DNA from: Basidiobolus meristosporus CBS 931.73
Lineage: Eukaryota; Fungi; Basidiobolomycota
DNA: 64,000 nucleotides
Assembly (NCBI GenBank): GCA_002104905.1
Contig: MCFE01000166.1
Span: 62,001-126,000, forward strand
Direction: 5' to 3'
Part shown: piece by piece, positions 12,901-24,169 of the stretch
How positions within the stretch are numbered: position 1 is the stretch's first letter
How the letters are laid out: every line of letters starts with the position of its first letter
Notes under the pieces: model-generated
The model's input: the letters and a program-made list of their open reading frames with translations, nothing else
Databases searched by the model: none
Told to the model about the DNA's origin: nothing
Position numbers and translations under genes: made by a program

Positions 12901-12910
12901 CTGCTACCAA
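12901..12910 (-). promoter_or_regulatory. Primer binding site complementary to initiator tRNA-Met 3' end
   Basis: T-TGGTAGCAG immediately after the 5' LTR; pairs with ...CUGCUACCA. Confidence 0.75.
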
Positions 12911-13289
12911 TGTTACAAGTCTTGGTATAGGAGATGAAGAGGAATAGGGAGTTTAGCTAGTATTGTATTCACTAAAACTTGAACTGATCTTTATTGAGAT
13001 TCCAGCAGCTCCTTATATACATTTGGCCAGATCAGTTGCTGACTAATTGTATTTCCTAATGTAGGTTGTGGCTGATGACTCATTTAATTGCATCATCATC
13101 ACCCAATAAGATCCTATTTAATATATCTATTTCTGTCTGATAAGAATCTGCCAATTCATTTGCTGACTAATCCTACTGATATGATATATAATACTGATAT
13201 ACTCATAACCTAAGCATATAAATAATTGATTTGACTAAAAACTAATCTAACTTAAACATTCAAGTGGCAGGTCATAACACTATTGTACT

Positions 13290-14870
13290 TGAATGGAGAA
13301 ATCAATGAAGCATCTACCAACATCATGCCTGACACAGGAGCATCTCATGAATACATGTCATAACAATTTGCTGTGTGAGTTAGAATCAACTTGGAACCTA
13401 CTAAATCAGTTTAGGTATGACTGCAGACAGGAACTCTCACATTATCAACTGCATTACATAGCCAGTAATAACAAAGAGCAATGACTATGAAGAAGACCTA
13501 AAAGCTTACATATTTGGAAATTACAAACCTGACCTGGTATCTGGAAGATGCAGCTATTTAACTATAATCCAGCAGTCAAATGGAGAACCCATTCCACTCA
13601 GATCCAAACAGATAACCAACCTATGTATTACTGCCCACCAGACTGGACTCCAACTTAGTCAAATCAATGTATCGGACAAATAGCAAGTGACAGCCCTGCA
13701 GAACACTTAGGAAAGGTGCACAGCTGTTTATTATAGTGGTATTACAGGATGATTTCTCTACTTGATTTTCTCTGAAAGTCTAGACTCTTTGAAGGAACAC
13801 TCAGATGTGTCTCCAGAAGAGTTAGTAAGCCTACTACCAAAAGGTCAAGGCGCATTGAAGGAATATTCAAATGTGTCCAGATAAACCTGTAAGTGTACTA
13901 CTAGTCAGAGATGCTGATCATGCCATTGACACAGGAGATAGCCTCCCAGTGAGCAAGACACCTCTCACAATGAGTTCATTGTAATTAGAAGTAAAGAAGA
14001 AACATATTGATTCACTAAGGGAGCATGGATACATCAGGCCCAGGAAGTCACCTTGGGGAGCAACAGTGCTTTTGGTGAAAAATAAGGATGAAACACTTAA
14101 GCTGTGCAGTGACTACAGAGCACTTAAATCAGTACCTGTGAAGAAGTACCCCATACTTTGGATTGACAAGCTTTTGAACCAATTCAATTCAGCCACCATA
14201 TTCCGCAAGATTGAACTCATGTCAGGATATAACTAGACTTGGGCAAAACAAGATGATATCCCTAAGACAGCTGTCAGACCAGATATGGACTCTACAAGTA
14301 CTTATTCATGAGTTGGATCCTCACCAATGCCCCTTCAGCGTTCATTACCTTGCTGCAAGCCATATTTCAGGAGTACCTAGACAGGCTCATAGTAGCAATC
14401 TAGATGACATATTGATATACCGCAATACAGAATGGGACCATTTAGTGGAAATTGAAAATGTCTCAAAGAAGTTAAGAGAGAACAAGCTATATGGCAACCT
14501 AGCAAAGTGTGAAATCTTCAAGGAACATATGGAGTATCTGAGAAACATAGTGACTAGCACAGGAGTACCCTACACCCCATATATGTGGAAATTATCAAAA
14601 ATCTGAAGAAGTCCAACTGCATTCCGGAGCTCAGATCATTTCTTGTAATTGTTTTCTAGTATTGGCCAGTTGCCAAGTCCTTTGTAAGAATTGGAGCCCC
14701 TTGTCCTTCAGAAAGACAATACCTTGAAGCAGAACATTACTTGTGATACTGCATTTCAGATGTTCATTGATAAGTTTACCAGGCTGCCAAGCTTAAGAAT
14801 ATCTGACTTCAGATAAGATTTAACACTTTGCACAAATGGCTCACATTATATTATGAACGGAGCAGAAAGA
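13290..14870 (+). mobile_element. Old degenerate family G-like protease-RT remnant
   Basis: DYEEDLKAYIFG, SPWGA, IELMSGY and NLDD-type motifs scattered across frames. Confidence 0.75.
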
Positions 14871-14879
14871 CAAATATCC

Positions 14880-16460
14880 ATTATTAGAATACCATTCCAA
14901 GAGATGATCTAAGCTCTGAAATGCTATGCAGCAGCTTCATATTATTGATAACTTCCACTTTCTTGGGGTGTAAGGCCACTTGTGTGCTAATCAATGTGTT
15001 ACTTGAGAAATTTTAACTTTGCTAGCTAGCCATACAGCTAGATCTCTCTTAGCTTCTTCAAGGTATTTTCAGTGGGCACCAAGTGACCCTCTGCTGCAGT
15101 GCTGTATATCAGTTTGTCTTCTAGGTCAATTACTGCAATCTTGCCCAAGCACTCCTGGATGACAGTTTGCATCAAGGTAATGAGTGTTGCAGGTGCATTG
15201 CTAATGCCAAAATTCATGACTAAGAACTTGGAATGTTCATATTTAGTCCTGAATGCTATCTCAGGGATATCTTATGCTTTTACCCTGATCTGTTTGATTC
15301 CTGACATGATGTCAGTTTTGCTGAGTACAGTGGCTCCATTGAGCTGATCCTTAAGCTCATTGATCTAAGGTATGGGGTATTCATTCTGCATAGCGGCTGG
15401 GCCAAGGGCTCTGTAGTAGTTAATGCACATCTTAGGTTCTTTAACCTCTTTTCACCAAAACACTCTTGCTCCCCAAGGTGACTTGCTTGGCCTGGGGTAT
15501 CATTGCTTCAATAGTTGATCATCTTAGCTCTTCATCTCCTCCAACTCCAATGGACTCATCCTGTATGGTGTCTTGTTCATTGGAGGGCTTTATTCTGTGA
15601 CAATGGCATGATCCATGCCCTTGACTGGTAGTATGCTAACAAATTTTTCTGGATGCACATTTGATTATTCCTTCAGAAGAGTCTGGACATTATAGGGACC
15701 TGTAGTAGAGGAATTATCCAGTAATTCTGCCATGAAAGATATCTAAGTACCTCTCCTAAAAACTCTACAGAACTGGGCCTTGTAATGCTCACTTGTGTCC
15801 ACACACTGGATTTGGCCAAGCTGTAGTCCAATCTGGCAGGTAGCAGTTAATAAGTATGGCTGCTTTTTGGGAACTGAGTGGGACAGTTTCCCTAGGTCAT
15901 TGATGAATCACAACAGAATAGCCATATTCTCCAAAGTACAAGGTCAAACCTAGGCATTGGGGGCTTCCTAACTTCAAAAATAGCTGAGTAATAGTTAATG
16001 GCCATCTTGATGGCTCCTAATAGTCTGAGGTCTTTGATAATTTACTTCCTTGCAAGTTCTTTCTTTCAACCCATCAATAAACTTTTCAACTTGATCCATG
16101 GTGTGCATTCCTTGAATTTGTCAATGTTGCATTTAAACTCTTATATGCATTCTTGAATCATTCCTCTCTGTCAGGGTGTCTTCATCTTTCTGCTTGGTGG
16201 TGTGTGCTGGTGGGGAGGTTCAGAGGCATCTTGAATTTCCAACACAAAAACATCCCAGGTAGAGACAATTGAGCATCCCATTGGAGTAGCTGACCTGTTC
16301 TAGTTGTGACACCACTGAAAAGCTGAATCTGCCAGGTAAGGGGTGGCATAATGTAACTTGATTTCTGGGGGAATGCTGTTAGCCTAGAAAGCTTCTTCAA
16401 TCTGGAAGAGTCCAGTTCCCAGGCGTTCATTGACTCAACCATGGTTCCAGTTGACCTTCA
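14880..16460 (-). mobile_element. Old degenerate family G-like gag-RT remnant with deletions
   Basis: Reverse-complement similarity to G2 RT (SPWGA, ICIN) and gag (WLFQIEEAF, AIKMAI). Confidence 0.7.
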
Positions 16461-16464
16461 CTAA

Positions 16465-17200
16465 GCTACCTGTATGGAAAATAATCTGATATTCAGCAAA
16501 TATCAGCTTGTTTTAGATGAAAATGGCTCAATTATGGACCAAAACCTTCCGTATCAACCAATAGTTGGTAGCCTGATGTACTTGATGGTGTCTACATATC
16601 CAGATGCAGTAGTGGCTGTTGGAATAGTCAGTCATATCATGCAGAATTATGGATCTGATCAAACTACAGTAGTTAAGTAGATTTTCAGATATCTACAATG
16701 TACCATAGATATGTTACTGGAATACTCTGGAGCAGCTAATAGGAAGAAATTTGATGGCTATAATGATTCGGAATGGAGTAGAGATCTAATGACAGATGCT
16801 CTACCACCGGGTATGTATATCTTTATGCTGGAGTAGCTATTACTTAAATTGTAAGAAGCAACCAGCTGTGGCCCTATCTACAACTGAAGCTGAATATATG
16901 GCTGCTTGTTGAGCAACTAAGGAGATTATATGGCTGACAAGATCACTTGAAGACTTAGGTTCTAATTCACAAGAACCAACATGTATCTACAAAGATAATC
17001 AAAGTTGTATATTGTTAGCTAAGAATTCTACCAATCATACCAGAATAAAGCACATAGATATACAACACCACTTTGTGAGGGAAGCTGCCAAAAATAGCTA
17101 AGTACAGCTGGTTTACTGTCCAACTGACAAAATGGGGGCAGATATATTGACAAAACCACTAGTTAGACCACATTTTCATGGCAATTCAGGTAGCTTGTGA
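16465..17200 (+). mobile_element. Ty1/Copia RT-RNaseH 3' fragment
   Basis: PYQPIVGSLMYL, ALSTTEAEYMAA, KHIDIQHHFVRE, ADILTKPL; homologous to 49400-50040. Confidence 0.85.
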
Positions 17201-17204
17201 GTTG

Positions 17205-17609
17205 TCAATGGGCCAATTGAGGGCTAATAGCATTGCATACTTTATAATAATCAGTCATTGACATACCATCCAACCAGAATGATGGTAACCATAATGGTAT
17301 GCATCAGGGTAGCTAAAGTGTGATACTAGGTTATTTTCATGTATATGAAAGAAACATATCCAAATATGGGATTTTACCTTCAACAATAGTGGTTTCTGAT
17401 GATACCTGTAATGCAAGCACTACAAGTTGGTGCAATCATCTGCGCCAGCCTCATTTTTTCCAATTGTGCCATAGTGTGCAAGATTCTCCCACATAGTGCA
17501 AAATTGTCCAAGAGCAATCTAGCCCACTAGTAGCTCTAATATTGCACCAGATTGTTGTTTCCAACTCTGGATTGCACTGTGCACTGGCACAGTACAATGT
17601 GACAATTCT
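17205..17609. mobile_element. Right-end fragment of the PHIS element
   Basis: Colinear with 34830-35237; ends GTACAATGTGACAATTCT (degenerate TIR) followed by AAT. Confidence 0.8.
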
Positions 17610-17619
17610 AATGTGTTGC

Positions 17620-18990
17620 TCCTGGTGGAAGGCTTTTGCTAGAGTAAATAAGTTCAGTCTTAAGTATATTCAGTTGTTCATTCATTCCATACAATGGCCA
17701 AAGGCTCATAGCCTGCCAGAAAGTACCTGTGAACCACAATAATGCCATGTGGTTCTATGGCATGTTACAAGCCTCTGGAGCTAGTTTCAGAATGTCATGG
17801 GAGTTGAGTACAAAATGCAACCCTTGCATCCATCTAGGCTGTTGCACATGATTCATCAGATTGACTCCAGAAAAACAGCCAAAGAATGGATCTTCTTCAG
17901 CAGAGCAGGTGAAACATGGGGGCTGCTTTGCATGAAGATGCATAACTATATTTCACACTTTGTGGCTAAGCATATATTTAGTAAGCCTTTCCAGTAGACT
18001 ATAGTACTACTTGGCACTCATGACTGAATGTGACACTATGCTACAGAATAGGTATTTAGTATTAGATAATAAGAGAGTGTGAAAGTTATGAAGTGAGCTC
18101 CTTGGTTCTCACACATTTGATAGCTCTATGCTTCAATGAGCCCAGAGAAGCTAGTAGTCATGCCAATATCTGGTAATGTCCAGTACAAATTAAGATCTGT
18201 GCATTGACATGATGGCAATGATCACTCTCCCCCTAGATAGCATATGGACCTCATTTGGCAATGGATGCAGGTAGCTATCCAGGTTGGATGGTAATTTTGG
18301 CCCTGATATCACTAAGATTACCATTATACTTCTGCTCAGTTACCAAATGATGGGTGGTATATACTGGCTATTGTAGGTCAGTAGATGGCAGGATTTGCTT
18401 GCAGAGTACTAGTTGAATGAGAATCAGTCCAGTAACATGGCAAAAGCAGTGTACTTATACCTCAAAATCACGCCTGATTGTTAGTACTCCTGGTGTTGGC
18501 TGTTATTCTTATTGGGAAGCTGCACTTACCTTATACTGAGTGTGGTATTTGATAGTTTCAAAGTACTGGTTGAACCACACATGCTTCTTCAGACTGAATG
18601 TCAAAAATATATATTACCAATGTGAGTCAACTGTTACTCCCAAAGTGGTGTAATCCTGACATGTTGGATACTCTGCATTGGTGGCCTTTACTGATGCATA
18701 TGGTATTCAGCTTCAACACATTCTGGTTCCAGTCCAGTTGTGTTGTCAAGTGTTGTCAGCAGCAGTAGGGCTGTCCATTTGTGCAATGCAAATAAGGTGC
18801 TCCATCTCAGATTGAAAGTGGCAAGTGGTAGCAGTAAATCCTTCAAGGCCCCAATCCCAGCATTGGCAGAAACAAAACTTTGCTGTATCTACAACTCTGT
18901 GAAATTTACTAGAAAACAGATTGTTGTGCTCATTTGGCTCCACAGCATATCTTCAGCATTTTTTTGCATGCATATTGTCTCATTGCTTAA
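17620..18990 (-). pseudogene. CACTA-like (Transposase_21) transposase remnant Z0
   Basis: KNAEDMLWSQ... N-terminus homologous to ORF 24575-24949; IQPG motif in the position of the IPGP consensus; similarity to 24190-24300. Confidence 0.6.
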
Positions 18991-19506
18991 TGGGATTTTG
19001 CCTGATTGAATTCATCTTCTAAGATGTCTGTGAGCTTTGGTTGATGAGATCTCCTGGAATTCTTGATTCACATCCATACACTAAGTAAAATGGCAATTGT
19101 TGGGTGGTGTTGTGCACTCTAACACAGCAGGTAAATAGTGCTTGGTCTACATTCTCATTCCATCTGCTGACAGCTCCATTTACTTACTTGGTCTGCATTT
19201 TTCCAAATGATCTATTAAGCTACTCAGTAACTTTTTTAGCTCTAGGGTGATATGCCTGGGTTTGCAAGTGTTTGATATGCTGCAGATCCAGGTAAGCACC
19301 CAAAGTCCTTGCCATTAAGCTTGCTTCTTTAAGAGATAAGAAATGTAGAGGACAGCTAGGTTTTGTCAAGTCATTATGGCAGATAAAACCTGCTACTTCC
19401 TGTTTACTGGCAACAGGTACAGCTTTAACAACTGGCCATCTAGAGGCATGTTCAGTTGCTCCTAGGATCCAACAGTTGCATTTCCAATTGGTTGCAGTCT
19501 TCCAAT
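18991..19506 (-). pseudogene. Degenerate family G-like integrase, target of the G3 insertion
   Basis: Colinear with 8470-8940 but strongly diverged; cut by the LTR at 19507. Confidence 0.75.
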
Positions 19507-22500
19507 TGTTACAAGTCTTGATATAAGAGTTGTAGAGGAATAGGGAGTTTAGCTAGTATTGTATTCACTTAAACTTGAACTGATTTTTATTGAGGTTCCA
19601 GCAGCTCCTTATATACATTTTGCCAGATCAATTGCTGACTAATTGTATTTCCTAATGTAGGTTGTGGCTGATGTCTCATTTGATTGCATCATCATCACCC
19701 AATAAGATCCTACATAATATATCTATTTCTGTCAGATAAGGATCTGCTGATTCATTTGCTGACTAATGCTACTGATTTCATAGATAATACTGATTTACTG
19801 ATAAGCTAAACATATAACTAACTGATATGACTAAAAGCTAATCTTACTTAAACATTCAGGTGGTATATTATAACATTCTCCCCTACTACAGCTGAGAGGG
19901 TTCTCCTGAAACTCTTTGCTTGTGATACCAATATCTTGATGGTTCAGTATTATCAGCAAGTCTTGCAAGCTTGAGTCTGTCCCTATGCACTAAGTCTTCC
20001 CGGATATTGCCTTGTTTGTCCACCAGTTGGTAAGTTGCAAATGGACATTCTCTGATGATCTTGAATGGTCCTGTCCATAGTGGCTCAAACTTCTTCCAAG
20101 TGTTGTTTCATAGCAATACAAAGTTCCCAACTGTCAATGCTTCTGGTGCTATAGTCTTATCAAATCTCTGCTTCATCTTTTCTGCACTCTGAGATACTTT
20201 GGTCTGTGCCTCTTGACGTCTTTGTTCCAGTTGCTGGTATCTACTTGGCTGACTAAGTTCATCTTCTGAGGCATCTGTAGGCTTGGGTTGTGTGAGATCT
20301 CCTGGAATCCTTGGTTCACATCCATACACTAAGTAAAATGGTGATTGCTGGGTAGTGTTGTGTACTCTGACTCTGCATGCAAAGAGTGCCTGGTCTATAT
20401 ACTCATCCCATCTACTGACAACTCCATTTGCATACATGGTCAGCATTTTTCCAAATAATCCATTAAACCGCTCAGTAACTCCATTAGTTCTGGGGTGATA
20501 TGCCAAGGTTTTCAAGTGTCTGATCTGCTGCATTTCCAGGTAAGCCTCTAATGTCTTTGCCATAAAGTCTGCTCCTCTATCAGATAAGATCTCCACAGGG
20601 CATCCAAACTTCATCAGGATCTCATGGTAAATGAAACTTGCAACTTCTTGTTCACTGGCTATTGGTACAGCTTTAGCAACTGGCCATTTGGTGGCATGGT
20701 CAATTGCTACTAGGATCCAACGGTTGCATTTCCTGGTGGTTGGCAGTCTTCCAATAAAGTTAATTCCCCATCTCTCAAATGGTCTTACAGGCTCCAAAGG
20801 GAAGAGTTTGGCAATTCTTTGTGGCTGGCCTTGATTGATTTGGCAGTTTGGGCATGTTTTCACTAGCTTCTCAATATCTTGTTTCATTCTGGGCCACCAT
20901 GCTCTGGCTTTCACAAGGCTATAGGTGCCTTCAATCCCAAGATGTCCATATCCATTGTGTAGCTTATGTATTAAATCCAGGCAAGAAACATAAGGGCAAT
21001 AGGCAATAGGGCTTCCATCAACAATTTGGTAGAGTGTTTCATCCTGTACTACAAATTTGCTGGCTTCATCACAGATTATCTTCTTGATATCTTCATCCAC
21101 CTCATTAGGAATGGCTTGGTCCTCCAAGTACCTTGGTAATAGGCTAGGCCATTGTGATTCATGCACCAAGTTGAGTTGTGCAACTTGATCTAATCTTGAT
21201 AAGGCATCAGCAACTGTGTTGTTTTTTCCAGGGCTGTAGACAATCTCCAAGTCAAATTGCGGAATGTTTTCACTCAATCTTGTCATTCTTCTAGAGAGCA
21301 CCTTCTGAGTAAATACATACTTGAGGGAGGCATGATCAGTCTTTGCAGTGCACTTGACTCCTTCAATATAGCATCTCCATGTCTTCAAACAGTGTATTAT
21401 AGCAAGCATCTCCTTCTCATGGACTGGATAGTTTTGTTCTGCTGAGTTCAGTTTCTTCAATTCTAAGGCAACAGGGTAGTCCTTTCCCTGGTGTTCTTGG
21501 CTCAGCACTCCATTAATTGCATAATCTGAAGCATCTGTGCACAGAGTGAACTCTTTTCTGAAGTCTGGTATTCTTAAGCTTGGCAGCTTAGCAAGTTCAT
21601 TCTTGAGCGTCTGGAAGGCAGTTTCACAAGCTATGTCCCACTTGTAGGTATTGTCTTTTTTGAGGATATCAGTTAAAGGGGCTGCAATACTTGCAAACGA
21701 CTTGACAAATCTCCGATAATAGGAAACCATTCCAAGGAATGATCTGAGTTCTGATATGCTATGGGGCTGCTTCAGATTCTTGATAACTTCAACCTTCTTA
21801 GGGTCTAAGGTCACTCCTGTGCTAGTCACTATGTGTCCCAAATACTCAACCTGTTCCTTGAAGAATTCACACTTGGCTAGCTTGCCATATAGCTTGTTCT
21901 CTCTTAGCTTCTCCAATACCTTTTCAATGTGCACTATGTGATCCTCTTCTGTCTTGCTGTATATCAATATGTCATCCAGGTAGATTATCACAAACTTGTC
22001 TAAGTACTCCTGAAAGACAGTCTGCATCATTGTCATGAATGTTGCAGGGGCATTAGTGAGGCCAAAACTCATGACTAAGTACTTGTAATGTCCATATCTG
22101 GTCCTGAATGCTGTCTTAGGGATATCTTCTGGTTTCACCCTAGTCTGGTTGTATCCTGACATGAGGTCAATCTTGCTGAAAATAGTGGCTCCATTAAGTT
22201 GGTCCAAAAGCTCATCAATCTAAGGTATGGAGTACTTATTCTTGACGGTAACTGAGTTCAGGGCTCTGTGGTCAATTCACATCCTAAGTGTTCCATCCTT
22301 CTTTTTCACAAAAAGCACCGGTGCTCCCCAGGGTGACTTGCTGGGCCTGATGTATCCTTTCTCCAATAGCTGATCAATTTGTCTCTTCATTTCCTCCAAT
22401 TTCAATGGACTCATTCTGTAAGGTGTCTTGCTCACTGAAGGGCTATCACCTGTGTCAATGGCACGATCCACGTCTCTGACTAGTGGTAGGCTTACAAGCT

Positions 22501-23719
22501 CATCAGGAAACACGTCTGAATATTTCTTCAAGAGAGTCTGGACCTGCTGGGGTGCTGGAGTAGCAGAATCCTCCTGTAATACTGCCATGAGGAACATCTG
22601 GGTACCTTTTCTAAGCGCTCTACAGAACTTGGTCTTGCTAAGTTCACTTGTCTCACACATACTGGAATTGACCAAGTTGAAATCCAGCCTGGCAGGTAAT
22701 AGCTCATAGGTCTTGTTGTCTTTTTGGATCTGAGCAGCATGGGTTCTCTAGTTGATTGATGGATTACAACAAAATAGCCAGGTTTTTCCAAGTACAAGGT
22801 CAAACTTGCAGTTCCCAAATATATAAGCCTGTAGGTCTTCTTCATAGTCCTTGATCTTCATTCTTACTGGCTGGGTAGTACGGTTGATTATGTGAAAGTT
22901 CCCATCAGCTGTGGAGACTGAAGTTGATTTGGTAGGTTCTGAGTTGATTCCAGCTTTCAAGGCAAATTGCTCTGACATGTACTCATGTGATGCCCCAGAG
23001 TCAATCATGATTTTGGCAGGTACTCCATTGATTACTCCATTTGAGTACAATAACTTCCCTGAGTTTGAGGTCATTTGGGACAAGTACTCTTCTGTCATAT
23101 GGAAGGTGAGTTCCAAGTCTTCTTCAAGCTCATCTTCCACATTACTGTATTCATGGGACTCGATATGGTTGAAGGTTCTTGTTGGCTGGTGTCCATTTCT
23201 TCTCTGAGGGCAGTACTTTGCAATATGTCCTTGCTGGTGGCAATTGAAGCAAAGTCCTTTCTTCTTACATTCTTCCAAGGTAGGATTCTTATGCATAGCA
23301 CCTATTTCCATTGGCACTGCTTCTGACTGTCTTTTTTCATAGTGATTGTAGCCTTTCTGATTAGTCACTGTAGGCTTCCCAACTCCAAACATGGCTGAGT
23401 CATAGTCAATGGCAATCTTGATGGCTTCTTCTATAGTCTGAGGTCTTTGATAATTCACTTCCTTGCAAGTTCTTTCTTTCAACCAACAATAAAGTATTCA
23501 ACTTGATCCAGGGTGTCCATTTGTTCAATTTGTCCATTTAGACATCTGTACTCATAGATGTACTCTTGAACCATGCCTTTCTGTCTGAGTGTCTTTAACT
23601 CCTTATTAGTAGTGTCTGCTGGTGTGGATATTCAAAAGCATCCTGAATTTCTGACACAAACTCATCCCAGGTAGAGATTGTAGAGCATCCCATCATAGTG
23701 GCTGATCTGATCTTGTTGT
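19507..23719 (-). mobile_element. Ty3/Gypsy family G copy G3, truncated in gag
   Basis: 3' LTR 19507-19875 (TGTTA...TAACA), PPT, 699-aa pol ORF, gag-protease ORF 22748-23482 with CFNCHQQGHIAKYC and DSGAS; no 5' LTR. Confidence 0.95.
20108..22207 (-). CDS. Gypsy pol fragment (RT-RNaseH-integrase), 699 aa open frame, integrase first Asp mutated
   Basis: YLDDILIY, TDASD, HNGYGHLG/CPNCQ, WGINFIG (D>N), LSDRG, VTERFN; ends at a premature TGA before the GPF motif. Confidence 0.85.
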   Translation of the reverse strand: MDQLNGATIFSKIDLMSGYNQTRVKPEDIPKTAFRTRYGHYKYLVMSFGLTNAPATFMTMMQTVFQEYLDKFVIIYLDDILIYSKTEEDHIVHIEKVLEKLRENKLYGKLAKCEFFKEQVEYLGHIVTSTGVTLDPKKVEVIKNLKQPHSISELRSFLGMVSYYRRFVKSFASIAAPLTDILKKDNTYKWDIACETAFQTLKNELAKLPSLRIPDFRKEFTLCTDASDYAINGVLSQEHQGKDYPVALELKKLNSAEQNYPVHEKEMLAIIHCLKTWRCYIEGVKCTAKTDHASLKYVFTQKVLSRRMTRLSENIPQFDLEIVYSPGKNNTVADALSRLDQVAQLNLVHESQWPSLLPRYLEDQAIPNEVDEDIKKIICDEASKFVVQDETLYQIVDGSPIAYCPYVSCLDLIHKLHNGYGHLGIEGTYSLVKARAWWPRMKQDIEKLVKTCPNCQINQGQPQRIAKLFPLEPVRPFERWGINFIGRLPTTRKCNRWILVAIDHATKWPVAKAVPIASEQEVASFIYHEILMKFGCPVEILSDRGADFMAKTLEAYLEMQQIRHLKTLAYHPRTNGVTERFNGLFGKMLTMYANGVVSRWDEYIDQALFACRVRVHNTTQQSPFYLVYGCEPRIPGDLTQPKPTDASEDELSQPSRYQQLEQRRQEAQTKVSQSAEKMKQRFDKTIAPEALTVGNFVLL

Positions 23720-23762
23720 TAATCCCCATTTTACTTAGTGTATGGATGTGAACCAAGGATTC

Positions 23763-24131
23763 TGTTGAAATATTGGACTATTTGATATCATTCAGCAGCT
23801 AAAAATTTACTTAACAATTCTAGGCTAGTCTTAGTCACTGTAAGACTCATTTACTGCCTTAACTTTGCCACTTTCTCTAGATATATGATCTTATGATTAT
23901 TCCCCTATAGTCATGATCAAATTAGCACTATTACCAAACATTATGTACTAACCCTGAAACTGTTACAGAATGCTCCTGAATATTGAGAAACCCTCCCTAC
24001 TTAGTATTGCAGCTGTATTACTTCTACAAAGGTATAAATACTGAGCTTCTTTATGAATAAACAACAGTTCAACTATTATCACTATTTCTTGATAAGTTCC
24101 TTATATCCAAATCACTTCTTAAATTGCAACA
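23763..24131 (+). mobile_element. Solo LTR of a Copia-type family
   Basis: TGTTG...CAACA termini, TATAAATA and AATAAA, flanks GATTC/GATAC; homologous to the minus-strand LTR at 27996-28360, which carries a Copia PBS. Confidence 0.8.
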
Positions 24132-24169
24132 GATACCAGTAGGACTATCATCTGATACAGGCTCTGATA

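Larger units (their letters stand above)
7696..13279 (-). mobile_element. Ty3/Gypsy family G copy G2, full length with two LTRs, frameshifted, internal duplication
   Basis: LTRs 12911-13279 and 7696-8064 (369 bp each, few mismatches), PBS TGGTAGCAG at 12901-12909, gag (12430-12852), protease DSGAS, RT, RNase H, integrase WGIDFIG, PPT GGGGAAAA; flanks GTAT/CTAT only partly match. Confidence 0.95.

Noticed and set aside
13290-16460. A single fold-back element with ~1.1-kb arms
   Set aside because: The arms are heavily and differently diverged and have different deletions; two independent old insertions are simpler.
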